Notes under the pieces: generated by a model | Database searches by the model: none | The model's input: the letters and a program-made list of their open reading frames with translations, nothing else | Told to the model about the DNA's origin: nothing | Program-made: the position numbers and the translations under genes | DNA from: Bacteroidales bacterium | GTDB lineage: Bacteria; Bacteroidota; Bacteroidia; Bacteroidales; CAIWKO01 | NCBI GenBank assembly: GCA_023228145.1 | Contig: JALOBU010000002.1 | Location: 19,218-83,217, forward strand | DNA: 64,000 nt | Direction: 5' to 3' | Shown here: piece by piece, positions 1 to 9,700 of the stretch | How positions within the stretch are numbered: position 1 is the stretch's first letter | Layout of the letters: each line of letters begins with the position of its first letter

Positions 1-504
1 TGCAGATACTACTGTACCTGTTATCAAAAATTTTAACTTAGCATCAGTATAACCAGCAAATTTTGTAACCTCTAGAACATTGTTTTGTATTGATGATGCA
101 GATATTGTTTCAACCCATTCATAATCAGGAGTAACGCCATCAACATGATCTGTAGCATCATAAGTCCCTGCATAATCTTTTGCTTCATTGTAAACAATAA
201 CTGTTCTTTTGGCTGTTCCCTCATTTCCGTCAACATCTGTTGCGGAATAAGTAAAAATATAAGTTCCTGCAACGTCTTCATCAAAAACAGGTTCGCAGGT
301 AACTTCAACAGTAAGTTCAGTTCCATCTTCTGCTTTTGCAGTAGCGCCTGGGTCAACAAAATCAGTATTCAAAATGTGGTTGATAACAGCATCCCCTGTC
401 AAAGTAACAGTAGGAGCAAGTGTGTTTATCTTATCACAAGATGTAAACACGTAAGCACTTGCAATCAATGCAACCGATGTTAAAATCAAAGCAATTTTTT
501 TCAT
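1..504 (-). CDS. Lipoprotein with bacterial Ig-like (DUF5011-type) domain; runs off the window start
   Basis: Not in the ORF track because there is no stop in the window. Manual translation from ATG 504: MKKIALILTSVALIASAYVFTSCDKINTLAPTVTLTGDA...FVDPGATA...GTYIFTYSATDVDGNEGTAKRTVIV. Lipobox FTSC; DPGATA and GTY-TY motifs. Confidence 0.8.
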   Translation of the reverse strand, partial: MKKIALILTSVALIASAYVFTSCDKINTLAPTVTLTGDAVINHILNTDFVDPGATAKAEDGTELTVEVTCEPVFDEDVAGTYIFTYSATDVDGNEGTAKRTVIVYNEAKDYAGTYDATDHVDGVTPDYEWVETISASSIQNNVLEVTKFAGYTDAKLKFLITGTVVSA

Positions 505-559
505 GTCTTTTTTTTTAGGTTAATGTTTTCTTAATTAATCTTAATATTTTAAATTTTTG

Positions 560-567
560 CAAAATTA
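560..567 (-). promoter_or_regulatory. Bacteroidota sigma-A -7 element (TAATTTTG) for the 1..504 gene
   Basis: Matches TAnnTTTG on the minus strand, about 55 nt upstream of the ATG. Confidence 0.55.
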
Positions 568-614
568 AATAAAAATTATTGTTTTAAAAAAAAAATTTGC
601 ATTAAAAAAATTAT

Positions 615-622
615 TACATTTG
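615..622 (+). promoter_or_regulatory. Bacteroidota -7 element (TACATTTG) with upstream TTTG at 596-599
   Basis: Consensus match upstream of the ATG at 658. Confidence 0.6.
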
Positions 623-657
623 CGCACCAAAATTTATTAACAAAAATTTATTTTAAA

Positions 658-882
658 ATGAAAAAATTATTCTCATTGCTCGTGATTGCAGGAATGCTTG
701 CATTTGTTGCTTGCGGACCCAGCGCTGAAGAAAAAGCTGCTGCTGAAAAAGCAAAAGCAGATTCTATTGCAGCTGCCCAGCTAAAAATTGACGATTCCAT
801 TGCTGCTGCTCAGAAACTTGCTGATTCTCTGGCTGCTGCACAAAAAATCGCCGATTCAATTGCAGCTCTTCCAAAAAAATAA
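658..882 (+). CDS. Small Ala-rich lipoprotein with DS(I/L)AAA repeats
   Basis: Signal peptide with lipobox FVAC; four DS[IL]AA repeats; has its own promoter and terminator. Confidence 0.85.
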   Translation: MKKLFSLLVIAGMLAFVACGPSAEEKAAAEKAKADSIAAAQLKIDDSIAAAQKLADSLAAAQKIADSIAALPKK

Positions 883-900
883 TAAAACGAGAGTTTTTTT

Positions 901-933
901 AATAAAAGAGGCGTAAAATTCCGCCTCTTTTAT
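901..933 (+). terminator. Intrinsic terminator
   Basis: AATAAAAGAGGCG-loop-CGCCTCTTTTATT inverted repeat with a T-run. Confidence 0.85.
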
Positions 934-1006
934 TTTTATGCTTTTTTTGTTAAAAAAACCGTTTAAAAAAATTTTTAATTTTAGTTCTCTTTAATTTGAA
1001 TTTTAT

Positions 1007-1014
1007 TAATTTTG
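1007..1014 (+). promoter_or_regulatory. -7 element (TAATTTTG)
   Basis: Consensus match 30 nt upstream of the ATG at 1045. Confidence 0.6.
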
Positions 1015-1044
1015 CTCCCGAATTAATAACCTAATTAAAAAAAA

Positions 1045-1329
1045 ATGAAAAAATTATTTAGTGTATTGCTAATCGCCGGTATGGCAACTCTTATTGCTTG
1101 CGGCCCCAGCGCTGAAGAAAAAGCTGCTGCCGAAAAAGCAAAACAGGATTCAATTGCCGCTGTTCAGAAAGCTAAAGAAGATTCTATTGCTGCTGCTCAA
1201 AAAGCTATAGATGATTCTATTGCTGCTGCTGAAAAAGAAAAACGCATCGCTGATTCACTTGCTGCACTTGCCAACAAACCTAAACCAACAAAACCAACTA
1301 CACCTACAGGACCTAAAAAGAAAGGTTGA
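1045..1329 (+). CDS. Small Ala-rich lipoprotein, paralogue of 658..882, with a Pro/Thr/Lys tail
   Basis: Lipobox LIAC; ACGPSAEEKAAAEKAK is identical to the upstream gene; four DS[IL]AA repeats. Confidence 0.85.
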   Translation: MKKLFSVLLIAGMATLIACGPSAEEKAAAEKAKQDSIAAVQKAKEDSIAAAQKAIDDSIAAAEKEKRIADSLAALANKPKPTKPTTPTGPKKKG

Positions 1330-1351
1330 TAATTTTGAGAATCTAATTATG

Positions 1352-1379
1352 AAAAAGGGCTGGATTTTAGCCCTTTTTT
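1352..1379. terminator. Bidirectional intrinsic terminator
   Basis: AAAAAGGGCT-loop-AGCCCTTTTT between convergent genes. Confidence 0.8.
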
Positions 1380-2079
1380 ATTTTCCACTCACTTCATTAA
1401 TAAAATTCAAAATACCAAATAACTCCACCGATGATTCGCTTGGAAATACAAAGTATGAATCATCGTTACATCCTATTTTAGAAATGATAAACAAACTATA
1501 TTTCTGAGTACTGTGGTCAGGTATTCTGATTAATGTGGCTTCCAGTTTTGCCCTTTCTTTGTAATAATTGTCAATTTTAATTTTATCCTGTTCAGTTACA
1601 GGAGTATATACAATATTTCCTTTACCGCTTAATTTCGCATCTTTCAGATGTTGAATACCCATTTTCTCGGGTAATTTTCTAATCTCACTGTTAACAGAAG
1701 AATTGTGTAAATTTGCCTCCTGGCGCTTTAAAAAATCCCATTTGTCTTCATATCTGATAACTATTTTTGCCACAGTTTTTAAACCATCTCTTACAATTCT
1801 TTCCTGCCTAGCTTCTTTCTTTTCTTTCTTAACGTTTACCGTATTTGTTTTCAATACCCATACGGAATCGCTGCGTTGAATAATAAAATTCCCATTTGAT
1901 TCTGAAAAAGTCCATCCTTTTGGCAGGTAATTTATAATAAGATTAATGGTGGCATCGGTCCGATATCCTGTTGTAAAAATCTCAGCTTCTGAACTTTGTG
2001 CATTTGCTTTTATAGAAAAAAGGTTCAAATTAATAAATATTGCTAAGAATAAAACTGTTAATGTCTTTTGGGCATTCAT
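1378..2079 (-). CDS. Exported hypothetical protein
   Basis: 233-aa ORF with an N-terminal signal peptide (ANA|Q); no family recognised. Confidence 0.75.
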   Translation of the reverse strand: MNAQKTLTVLFLAIFINLNLFSIKANAQSSEAEIFTTGYRTDATINLIINYLPKGWTFSESNGNFIIQRSDSVWVLKTNTVNVKKEKKEARQERIVRDGLKTVAKIVIRYEDKWDFLKRQEANLHNSSVNSEIRKLPEKMGIQHLKDAKLSGKGNIVYTPVTEQDKIKIDNYYKERAKLEATLIRIPDHSTQKYSLFIISKIGCNDDSYFVFPSESSVELFGILNFINEVSGK

Positions 2080-2167
2080 AATAATTTCATTTGTTTGATT
2101 ATTTCAAAAAACATACCATAAAAGTAAAAAAAATTTATAATTATATTAAAAATAATAGACGAATGAG

Positions 2168-2175
2168 TAATTTTG
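2168..2175 (+). promoter_or_regulatory. -7 element (TAATTTTG) of the citrate-lyase-like operon
   Basis: Consensus match. It overlaps the track's TTG start, so the real start is probably ATG 2197. Confidence 0.6.
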
Positions 2176-2196
2176 CGTATCAAAAACATAAAAGAA

Positions 2197-3426
2197 ATGA
2201 AGCAAAATAAAATAGTTAGTGCAGGGAATAAAGGCAAAAGCGTACGTTCCGACTGCTATATTACTCTGGAACTATCAGAAAAAGGCGGTATAACAATTGA
2301 CCTGACAAGTAAAGTAAAAGCTCTTTATGAAAAAACAATAATAAAACAATTAAAAGACATCCTTGTTTTTTTTGATATTAAAAATGCCAGGGTTACTATT
2401 GAAGATTCCGGAGCTTTACCTTTTGTGATATCAGCACGTATGGAGGCGGCAATTAAGCAACTTCTTAAAACAGAAAAAGAATACCTTCCCGATTTATTAC
2501 TATCCAATCAGTACAAAACGCTTAAAGACCGCAACCGTATTTCACGCCTCTACCTGCCTGGCAACACCCCTAGCCTGATGATAAATGCCGGAATTCATAA
2601 GCCCGATGGCATCATTCTGGACCTTGAAGACGCTGTGTCGCCGGATAAAAAGTTTGAAGCAACTTTTATTGTCAGAAACGCATTGAGAAACTTAGATTTT
2701 TACGGAGCAGAACGCATGGTTAGAATAAACCAGGTACCGTGTGGCCTTGATGACCTTAATTATGTTGTACCACATTATGTCAACCTTATTCTGATACCCA
2801 AATGCGAAAATGCATTACAGATTCATGCTGTAAATGAACGTATTTCCAACTTAAAGAAAAAACATAAATTAGATTATGACATTTGGTTAATGCCCATCAT
2901 TGAAAGTGCAAAAGGAGTTCTAAAATCATATGAAATAGCCTGCTCTGCAGAAAATGTCGTAGCTATGGCCATAGGGTTGGAAGATTACACTGCCGACATC
3001 GGGGTTAAAAGATCCGCTGAAGCTGAAGAATCGCTCTGGGCACGCAGTATGGTTGTGAATGCTTGCCATGCAACCGGAATACAAGCAATTGATTCTGTAT
3101 TTTCAGACGTCTCCGATATGGAAGGATTAAAACAAAATGTACTCAAATCAAAAGCCCTGGGATTTGATGGCATGGGCTGCATACATCCGAGGCAGATACG
3201 GGTTATTCATGAAAATTTTGCACCAGACAGCACTGAAATTGCCAAAGCTAAAAAGATAGTGAATGCATTTCTTGAAGCCAGAGAAAAGGGATTGGGTGTT
3301 GTTTCTCTTGGAACAAAAATGATTGATGCCCCCGTGGTAAAACGTGCGCAAAAGACCATTAACCTTGCCATTTCAACAGGAAAAATTTCAAAAAACTGGA
3401 GAGAAGAAGAAAATGAAAAAATTTGA
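2197..3426 (+). CDS. citE: Citrate lyase acyl-carrier (CitD-like) domain fused to citryl-ACP/CoA lyase (CitE)
   Basis: N-terminal ~90 aa (AG..RSD..ITIDLTSKV..EDSGALPFVISARMEAAI) resemble CitD. The remainder has CitE motifs RSRLYLPG-like, ILDLEDAV, IPKCE, IIESAKG, GLEDY, CIHPRQI and MIDAPVV. Confidence 0.85.
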   Translation: MKQNKIVSAGNKGKSVRSDCYITLELSEKGGITIDLTSKVKALYEKTIIKQLKDILVFFDIKNARVTIEDSGALPFVISARMEAAIKQLLKTEKEYLPDLLLSNQYKTLKDRNRISRLYLPGNTPSLMINAGIHKPDGIILDLEDAVSPDKKFEATFIVRNALRNLDFYGAERMVRINQVPCGLDDLNYVVPHYVNLILIPKCENALQIHAVNERISNLKKKHKLDYDIWLMPIIESAKGVLKSYEIACSAENVVAMAIGLEDYTADIGVKRSAEAEESLWARSMVVNACHATGIQAIDSVFSDVSDMEGLKQNVLKSKALGFDGMGCIHPRQIRVIHENFAPDSTEIAKAKKIVNAFLEAREKGLGVVSLGTKMIDAPVVKRAQKTINLAISTGKISKNWREEENEKI

Positions 3427-4972
3427 CAAACTTGTTGTGAATGCCATCGGCCGGACTGTTCCGACCGTCATCAACGGAAAACCTGCTGTTCCTTTTATGG
3501 GCGTGGGAAAGCACAGGCCCGACGGAGTGAAATATGCTCCGGCTATTCCTACTTGTATTGATTATCCCGACGACGGGAATAAAACCCTGGCTTCGCTGGG
3601 CGAAGCCTTGAAAAAATGCGGGCTGAAAGATGGTATGACCATCAGCACACATCATCATTTACGCGACGGAGACCTTGTAAGTAATACCATTTTTGATATA
3701 GCCCACGAAATGGGCGTAAAGGATTTAGTGTGGTTTCCATCGGCATCATTTCCCTGCAACGAGCCTCTTATAAAATACCTCGAAGACGGTACCATAAACC
3801 GCATCGAAGGGTCTATGAACGGTCCGCTGGGAAAATATACCAGTAAAGGCGGTATGAAAGGTTGCGCCGTGTTGCGTTCGCATGGAGGCCGTGTTCAGGC
3901 CATACAGGACGGCGAAGTGCATATCGACATTGCCGTGATAGCCGCCCCTGTGGCCGACCCTTTTGGCAATGCAAATGCCCTCAGCGGAAAGTCTGCCTGC
4001 GGCATACTGGGTTATTCTCTGGCGGATTATATGTATGCCGACAAAGTGATAGTGGTTACCGATAACCTTATTCCTTTTCCATGTATGCCCATGCAGGTGC
4101 AGGGAAATTATGTAGACTATGTGGTGGTGGTAGACCATATCGGTATTCCTGAAAAAATTGTTTCCGGTACTACCGAAGTAACTAAAAGCCCCGACCGTCT
4201 TTTGCTCGCTGAGTGGACTGCCCAGTTTTGCGATGAAGCTGGCCTGCTGCATGAAGGTTGCAGTATGCAGTCGGGTGCCGGTGGAACATCGCTGGCTGTG
4301 GGTGTATATCTGGACCAAATTCTGAAATCCCGTGGCGAAAAAGCACGGTTTGCATTTGGTGGCAGTACCAAATATATGGTGCAGATGCTGGAAAGCGGCA
4401 CACTCGACTACATACTTGATGCACAGGCTTTCGACCTCGAAGCCGTTAGGTCGGCAAGGGAAAACGACCGTCATATAGATTTATCTGTTTTTCAGGCATA
4501 CAATTTCCACAGCAAAGGCAATTACACCTCCATGACAGATATTATGATACTGGGAGCTACCGAAATTGATGTAAATTTCAACGGCAATGTAGTAACACAT
4601 TCCGACGGACTTCTGCTCCATGGTATTGGCGGCTGGCAAAACTGCCTGCATGCAAAAACCGTCATCATACCCATTCCGCTCTTCCGCGACCGTATCCCGG
4701 TGCTGGTAGATCAGGTAACTACCGTGTGCGGCCCGGGAGAGATGATTGATGTTATTGTTACCGAAAGAGGCATTGCAATCAATCCATTACGTACCGACCT
4801 CATTGAAAAGATGAAAAATTCTTCTTTGCCAATCAAGACTATCCAGCAGCTAAAAGCTGAAGCTGAAGCGATTTGCGGAGCGCCGGAAAAGATTGAATTT
4901 GAAGATGAAATTGTAGCGGTGATCAAATGGGTTGACGGTACTGTGATCGATTCGGTACGAAAAGTGAAGTAA
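3413..4972 (+). CDS. citF: Citrate lyase alpha subunit / acyl-ACP(CoA) transferase, paralogue 1
   Basis: GLKDGMTISTHHHLRDGD, RSHGGR, GATEIDVNFNGNV, VIVTERGIAINP, DGTVID. The likely ATG at 3413 overlaps the end of citE. Confidence 0.85.
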   Translation: MKKFDKLVVNAIGRTVPTVINGKPAVPFMGVGKHRPDGVKYAPAIPTCIDYPDDGNKTLASLGEALKKCGLKDGMTISTHHHLRDGDLVSNTIFDIAHEMGVKDLVWFPSASFPCNEPLIKYLEDGTINRIEGSMNGPLGKYTSKGGMKGCAVLRSHGGRVQAIQDGEVHIDIAVIAAPVADPFGNANALSGKSACGILGYSLADYMYADKVIVVTDNLIPFPCMPMQVQGNYVDYVVVVDHIGIPEKIVSGTTEVTKSPDRLLLAEWTAQFCDEAGLLHEGCSMQSGAGGTSLAVGVYLDQILKSRGEKARFAFGGSTKYMVQMLESGTLDYILDAQAFDLEAVRSARENDRHIDLSVFQAYNFHSKGNYTSMTDIMILGATEIDVNFNGNVVTHSDGLLLHGIGGWQNCLHAKTVIIPIPLFRDRIPVLVDQVTTVCGPGEMIDVIVTERGIAINPLRTDLIEKMKNSSLPIKTIQQLKAEAEAICGAPEKIEFEDEIVAVIKWVDGTVIDSVRKVK

Positions 4973-5219
4973 TCAATATTAATTTGTGATTTGTTCTGCG
5001 AATAATGGGAACTTGCAGAATAAAAGCTTTGCGAATAAAGAGACGTTGCGCAATTGATAAGATGTTTATTATTACCTATTTATTATTATTTTTGGGTAAT
5101 TAAACGGTTTTGCTGTTAACAATAATAAGTTAGCAATATCTATATAATCCATTACATTGTTTCCTGGCTATCGTGTCTTAAAAATCAGTTCTTAAAACAT
5201 ATAAGGAGGGAAAAAGACA

Positions 5220-6782
5220 ATGAAAAAATATGATAAACTCGTAGTCAACGCACTGGGACGCACCGTTCCCACCATCATCAACGGAAAGCCAGCGGTTCCT
5301 TATATGGGTATCGGCAAATACAAACCCGGGGGAGTTAAACATGCCCCTCCTATCGTAAGTAGCGCTGACTACCCTGCAAATGGCAACAAAACCGTTACTT
5401 CACTAAAAGAAGCTTTGAAAAAATGTGGATTAAAAAACGGAATGACCATATCAACACACCATCATTTTCGAAATGGTGACCTTGTGGCTCATAAAGTTTT
5501 TGACATTGTAAAAGAGATGGGAGTAAAAGATATTATGTGGTTTCCATCCGCTTCATTTGAATGTCATTCCCCTATGACAAAATTTTTAGAAGACGGGACA
5601 ATACATCATATTGAAGGAAGTATGAATGGTTCACTGGGGCGTTTCACTTCAGAAGGGAAAATGAAAGGCCTTGGTGTGTTACGTTCGCACGGCGGCAGAT
5701 ATCAAGCGGTGCAGGACGGAGACGTGCATATTGATATAGCTGTTATTGCCGCTCCTACAGCCGATGCATTTGGCAATGCCACGGGTGACAGGGGACCAAC
5801 AGCTTGTGGTTTGCTTGGTTTTGCCCTTGCTGATTCACAATATGCTGATAAAGTTATCGTTGTAACAGATAATCTTGTTCCCTTTCCATGTATTCCATGG
5901 CAGATTCATGGCAATTATGTTGATCACGTGGTGGTACTTGACAAAATTGGTATTCCTGAAAAAATTGTTTCTGGTACCACAGAAGTGACCAAAAGCCCCG
6001 ACCGTTTACTTCTGGCAGAATGGACCGCGCAGTTTTGTGATGAAACAGGAATCATTCATGATGGTTTTTCTTTTCAGGCGGGGGCCGGCGGCACAGCACT
6101 TTCGATAGGAATATATTTTGCTGAAATACTTCGTAAACGCGGCATGAAAGCAAGGTTCGCCCGGGGTGGCAGCAATAAATATCTGGTACAGATGCTTGAA
6201 GAAGGATTAACAGATTATATACTCGATGGACAGACATTTGACCTTGAGGGAGTTCGTTCCATGCGTGAAAACCCCGGACATATTAATACCAGTCCATTTA
6301 CAAGCTATAATTACCACGGAAAAGGAAACTTTGCTACCATGGTGGATGTGGTTATCCTCGGGGCTACCGAAGTTGATGTTAACTTCAACGCAAATGTTGT
6401 AACTCATTCCGATGGGACTTTGCTGCATGGCATTGGGGGATGGCAAAACTGCCTCTTTTCAAAATGCACTATTTTGCCCATACCGCTTTTCCGCGACAGA
6501 ATTCCTGTGATTATTGATGATGTTACCACCATTTGCGGCCCGGGAGAACTTATAGATGTGATTGTTACTGAACGTGGTATTGCTATAAATCCTTTACGCA
6601 AAGATCTTATCAAAAAGATGAAACATTCAAAACTCCCGATAAAGTCCATACAACAGCTGAAAAAAGAAGCGGAATCTATTTGTGGTGTCCCTGAAAAAAT
6701 TCAATTCGACGATGAGATAGTTGCTGTAATAAAATGGGTTGACGGGACCGTTATTGATTCTGTCAGAAAGCTAAAAATATAG
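5220..6782 (+). CDS. citF: Citrate lyase alpha subunit / acyl-ACP(CoA) transferase, paralogue 2
   Basis: GLKNGMTISTHHHFRNGD, RSHGGR, GATEVDVNFNANV; collinear with paralogue 1. Confidence 0.85.
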   Translation: MKKYDKLVVNALGRTVPTIINGKPAVPYMGIGKYKPGGVKHAPPIVSSADYPANGNKTVTSLKEALKKCGLKNGMTISTHHHFRNGDLVAHKVFDIVKEMGVKDIMWFPSASFECHSPMTKFLEDGTIHHIEGSMNGSLGRFTSEGKMKGLGVLRSHGGRYQAVQDGDVHIDIAVIAAPTADAFGNATGDRGPTACGLLGFALADSQYADKVIVVTDNLVPFPCIPWQIHGNYVDHVVVLDKIGIPEKIVSGTTEVTKSPDRLLLAEWTAQFCDETGIIHDGFSFQAGAGGTALSIGIYFAEILRKRGMKARFARGGSNKYLVQMLEEGLTDYILDGQTFDLEGVRSMRENPGHINTSPFTSYNYHGKGNFATMVDVVILGATEVDVNFNANVVTHSDGTLLHGIGGWQNCLFSKCTILPIPLFRDRIPVIIDDVTTICGPGELIDVIVTERGIAINPLRKDLIKKMKHSKLPIKSIQQLKKEAESICGVPEKIQFDDEIVAVIKWVDGTVIDSVRKLKI

Positions 6783-6797
6783 TTCGATTGATACCTA

Positions 6798-9700
6798 TTA
6801 GCGGATTAAAGTAACATTTCCGCTTTTTTTAAAGAATGTTTCATTGTGGCAACGGGCACTTAAATAATATACAAAAACAGCCGGATCACAAGGTTTCCCT
6901 TTATATCTTCCATCCCACCCTTCGTCAACATTTTGTGTTTCAAAAACTTTCTCGCCCCAACGGTCATATACCATAAAATTCATCTCTGTCATCATCTTGC
7001 TTCTAACATAAAGTACATCATTTTTACCATCGCCATCAGGCGTAAAAGCATTGGGAACATAAATATATGGTTCATCACAAATAACCTCCAGAACAAATAT
7101 TTTTAATGTGTCGGTATAGGTACATCCATAAGGGTCAGTTATTGTGAGATAATAAGTTGTTGTTTGTTGAGGACTGGCAACAGGGTTGGCTATCAATGGG
7201 TTATCTAACCCATCAGCAGGGTACCATGAATAATTACAACCCGGAATACTTGTCGCATGTAAACCTGTTGACTGCCCCTGAAATATGGTATCTTTGTCTG
7301 AATACACTTCGATACCAGTAAAAACATAATCCAGTACAATATTAAACCCGGCGCTGATGTAACATAGTCTGGAATCAGTTACAGTCACATTATATGTTCC
7401 TTCACATAAAGATGTAAGTGGATTGGAAGTTTGTGCATTATCCCAATAATAGGAATATGGAGGTGTCCCACCATTGATTGTTAGTTGAATATAGCCAACA
7501 CAAGCTTCCACGCAGGGAATGTTCATTGACTCGGAAATTTGTATAAGCGGGTCAGGTTCCGGCAGGCTAATTGATGAAATTGAAATACAGCCTGTATTGT
7601 CTGTAACTGTTACTGAATAATTACCTGCGCAAAGGTTATATATGGTATCATTACCTGAACCGGTATTCCATAAATATGTAAATGGAAAATTCCCGGAATT
7701 AACAAAAACAGAAACCTGCCCGTCACAAGAATCGTAACAGGAAGGCGTTACATAATGAAGAGAATCAATAACAACAACAAAATCAACATATACGCTGTCA
7801 GTCAGGGTACAATGTCCATTACCTACCATTATATAAAAGTAACCAGGGCTCGTAATAGTTGTTGTCATGCTTGGGTTAAACGATGGAGAATTCAACCAGT
7901 CGGTAAACTGATTATTTGATGACCAATGAAAATAATTTGCCTGATGTTCAGTGTTTGCAGTAAGAGTTATAATACCACTGCAGGAAAAAGCACTATCCGT
8001 TGGGTAAGGGTCCATATCAAATACGTCAACTATTTGCCGAAGTGTATCTGTACAAACACCGTTTGAAACAAGTAAGGTGTACGTTGTGGTAACAATTGGG
8101 TTGGCTAAAGGGTTACATATAGTGCTATTAGTCAGATAAGTTGCCGGAATCCATTGAAAAGTAACTGTAGGGTCTCCTACAGGTAAAATGCCAATCTGAA
8201 CCGCATCGCCGATACAAATATATTTTGTAGGTAATGTGTCACTGGTGTTTGAGAGTACAACCACCTGTTTAATTATAGAATCAGAAAAGTTACATGTTCC
8301 TGTGTCGGAAACCAATAAAGTAACATCATATACACCGGAATTAAGATACACATGGCTGGGATTGCAGTTGGAAGAGTTTGTTCCGTCACCAAAATCCCAG
8401 TAACAAACCATTCCCTGCCCGCCTGTATGTGAAATATTATCAAAAGTAACGGAACCTGGAGCGCAAATTACAGGAGGTATCACAAAATCGGCTACAACCA
8501 GAGGCAGCATAAAATCATATTTAAACACGCCATTGTTACAATTGCTGCTATTATTGGTATTTGACCAAGCCTCGGGAGTAGTTGGAAAATCGTCGTGGTT
8601 TCCACAACCAGCACAGACAGATTGGTAAATTTTCCCATTCTTATCAAAGCGACTGGTTCCGCCGTCAACATGTTCATTTGATAATGGGCCTCCAAAAAAA
8701 GTTGCATAAGTCAGAGCAGAAGCATCATCTTCCATGACCATAAGATAATAATCGCTATTGTCAGTTGTTGTTTGAAAAGCATCATATGTAATTGGGAGCC
8801 CTGAAGTCCCGCCAAAACCGTTTACAGCTCCGCCCCAACCCGATAAATATATTTTATCGCAAACATCAACCAGAAATGCTGTCGGTGAAATATCAGGGCC
8901 TCCGTTGCCCGTGCCAAATGCCGTGGACCATATTAATGAATCCAATTCTGCACTCATTTTACTGATAAACTGCCCTCCGTTAAGAATATACCACTGAACA
9001 TTATTAATATAATAACTGCCAGCAGCTGCAGTTTGCCCAAGTGCATAAATATTTCCGTGATGGTCATTTTCTATCAGGTAAACCTGGTCATAAGCACCTG
9101 AGCCATAATAAGTGGAATGCAAAATCTGGCTGCCGGTTTTATCAATATGAGTGATAAAACCATCAGCATTACCTCCGGGTTGTGTTGTGTACAATACACC
9201 AGATGTAACGGAAAAATTTGATGATGTTGTTCCTCCCCCGACATAGATATCCTGATTGTTATCAATCACAATACTGTATATAGCATCATTAGCAGAACCG
9301 CCAAGGTAGGAACACCAGTGCAGACTGGATAAATGACTGTCAAATTTAGCAATAAATCCATCCTGGGCACCTCCTCCGTAATTCGGCTGAAATGTACCTG
9401 ATGTTCCGGGTAAATCGTTTGACTGTGTAGTTGCTACTATATAAATATTATCATTTACATCTATCATGATTTCACCTCTTACATCGTCAGCGTAATTATT
9501 TCTCAGGGGTGCTTGAGTATTAAGTCCATCGTTGCCTGAACCACCAAAAAATGTAGATGCCAGCAATGCCGTTCCGATACTATTAAATTTGGTTACCACA
9601 ACATCTGACCCTGTATAATTCAGGACGTATGTCAATGTATAGGAAGTTCCACCATTAAATGTCTGGTCGAAAGCATCAGATGATACGGGATAGTTAGCAG

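Noticed and set aside
72-483. Track ORFs 72..359 (-) and 145..483 (+)
   Set aside because: They are shadows of the real minus-strand lipoprotein gene 1..504.
3359-4926. Long antisense ORFs inside citF1 (e.g. 3746..4474, 242 aa)
   Set aside because: Antisense shadows favoured by higher GC; no recognisable motifs.
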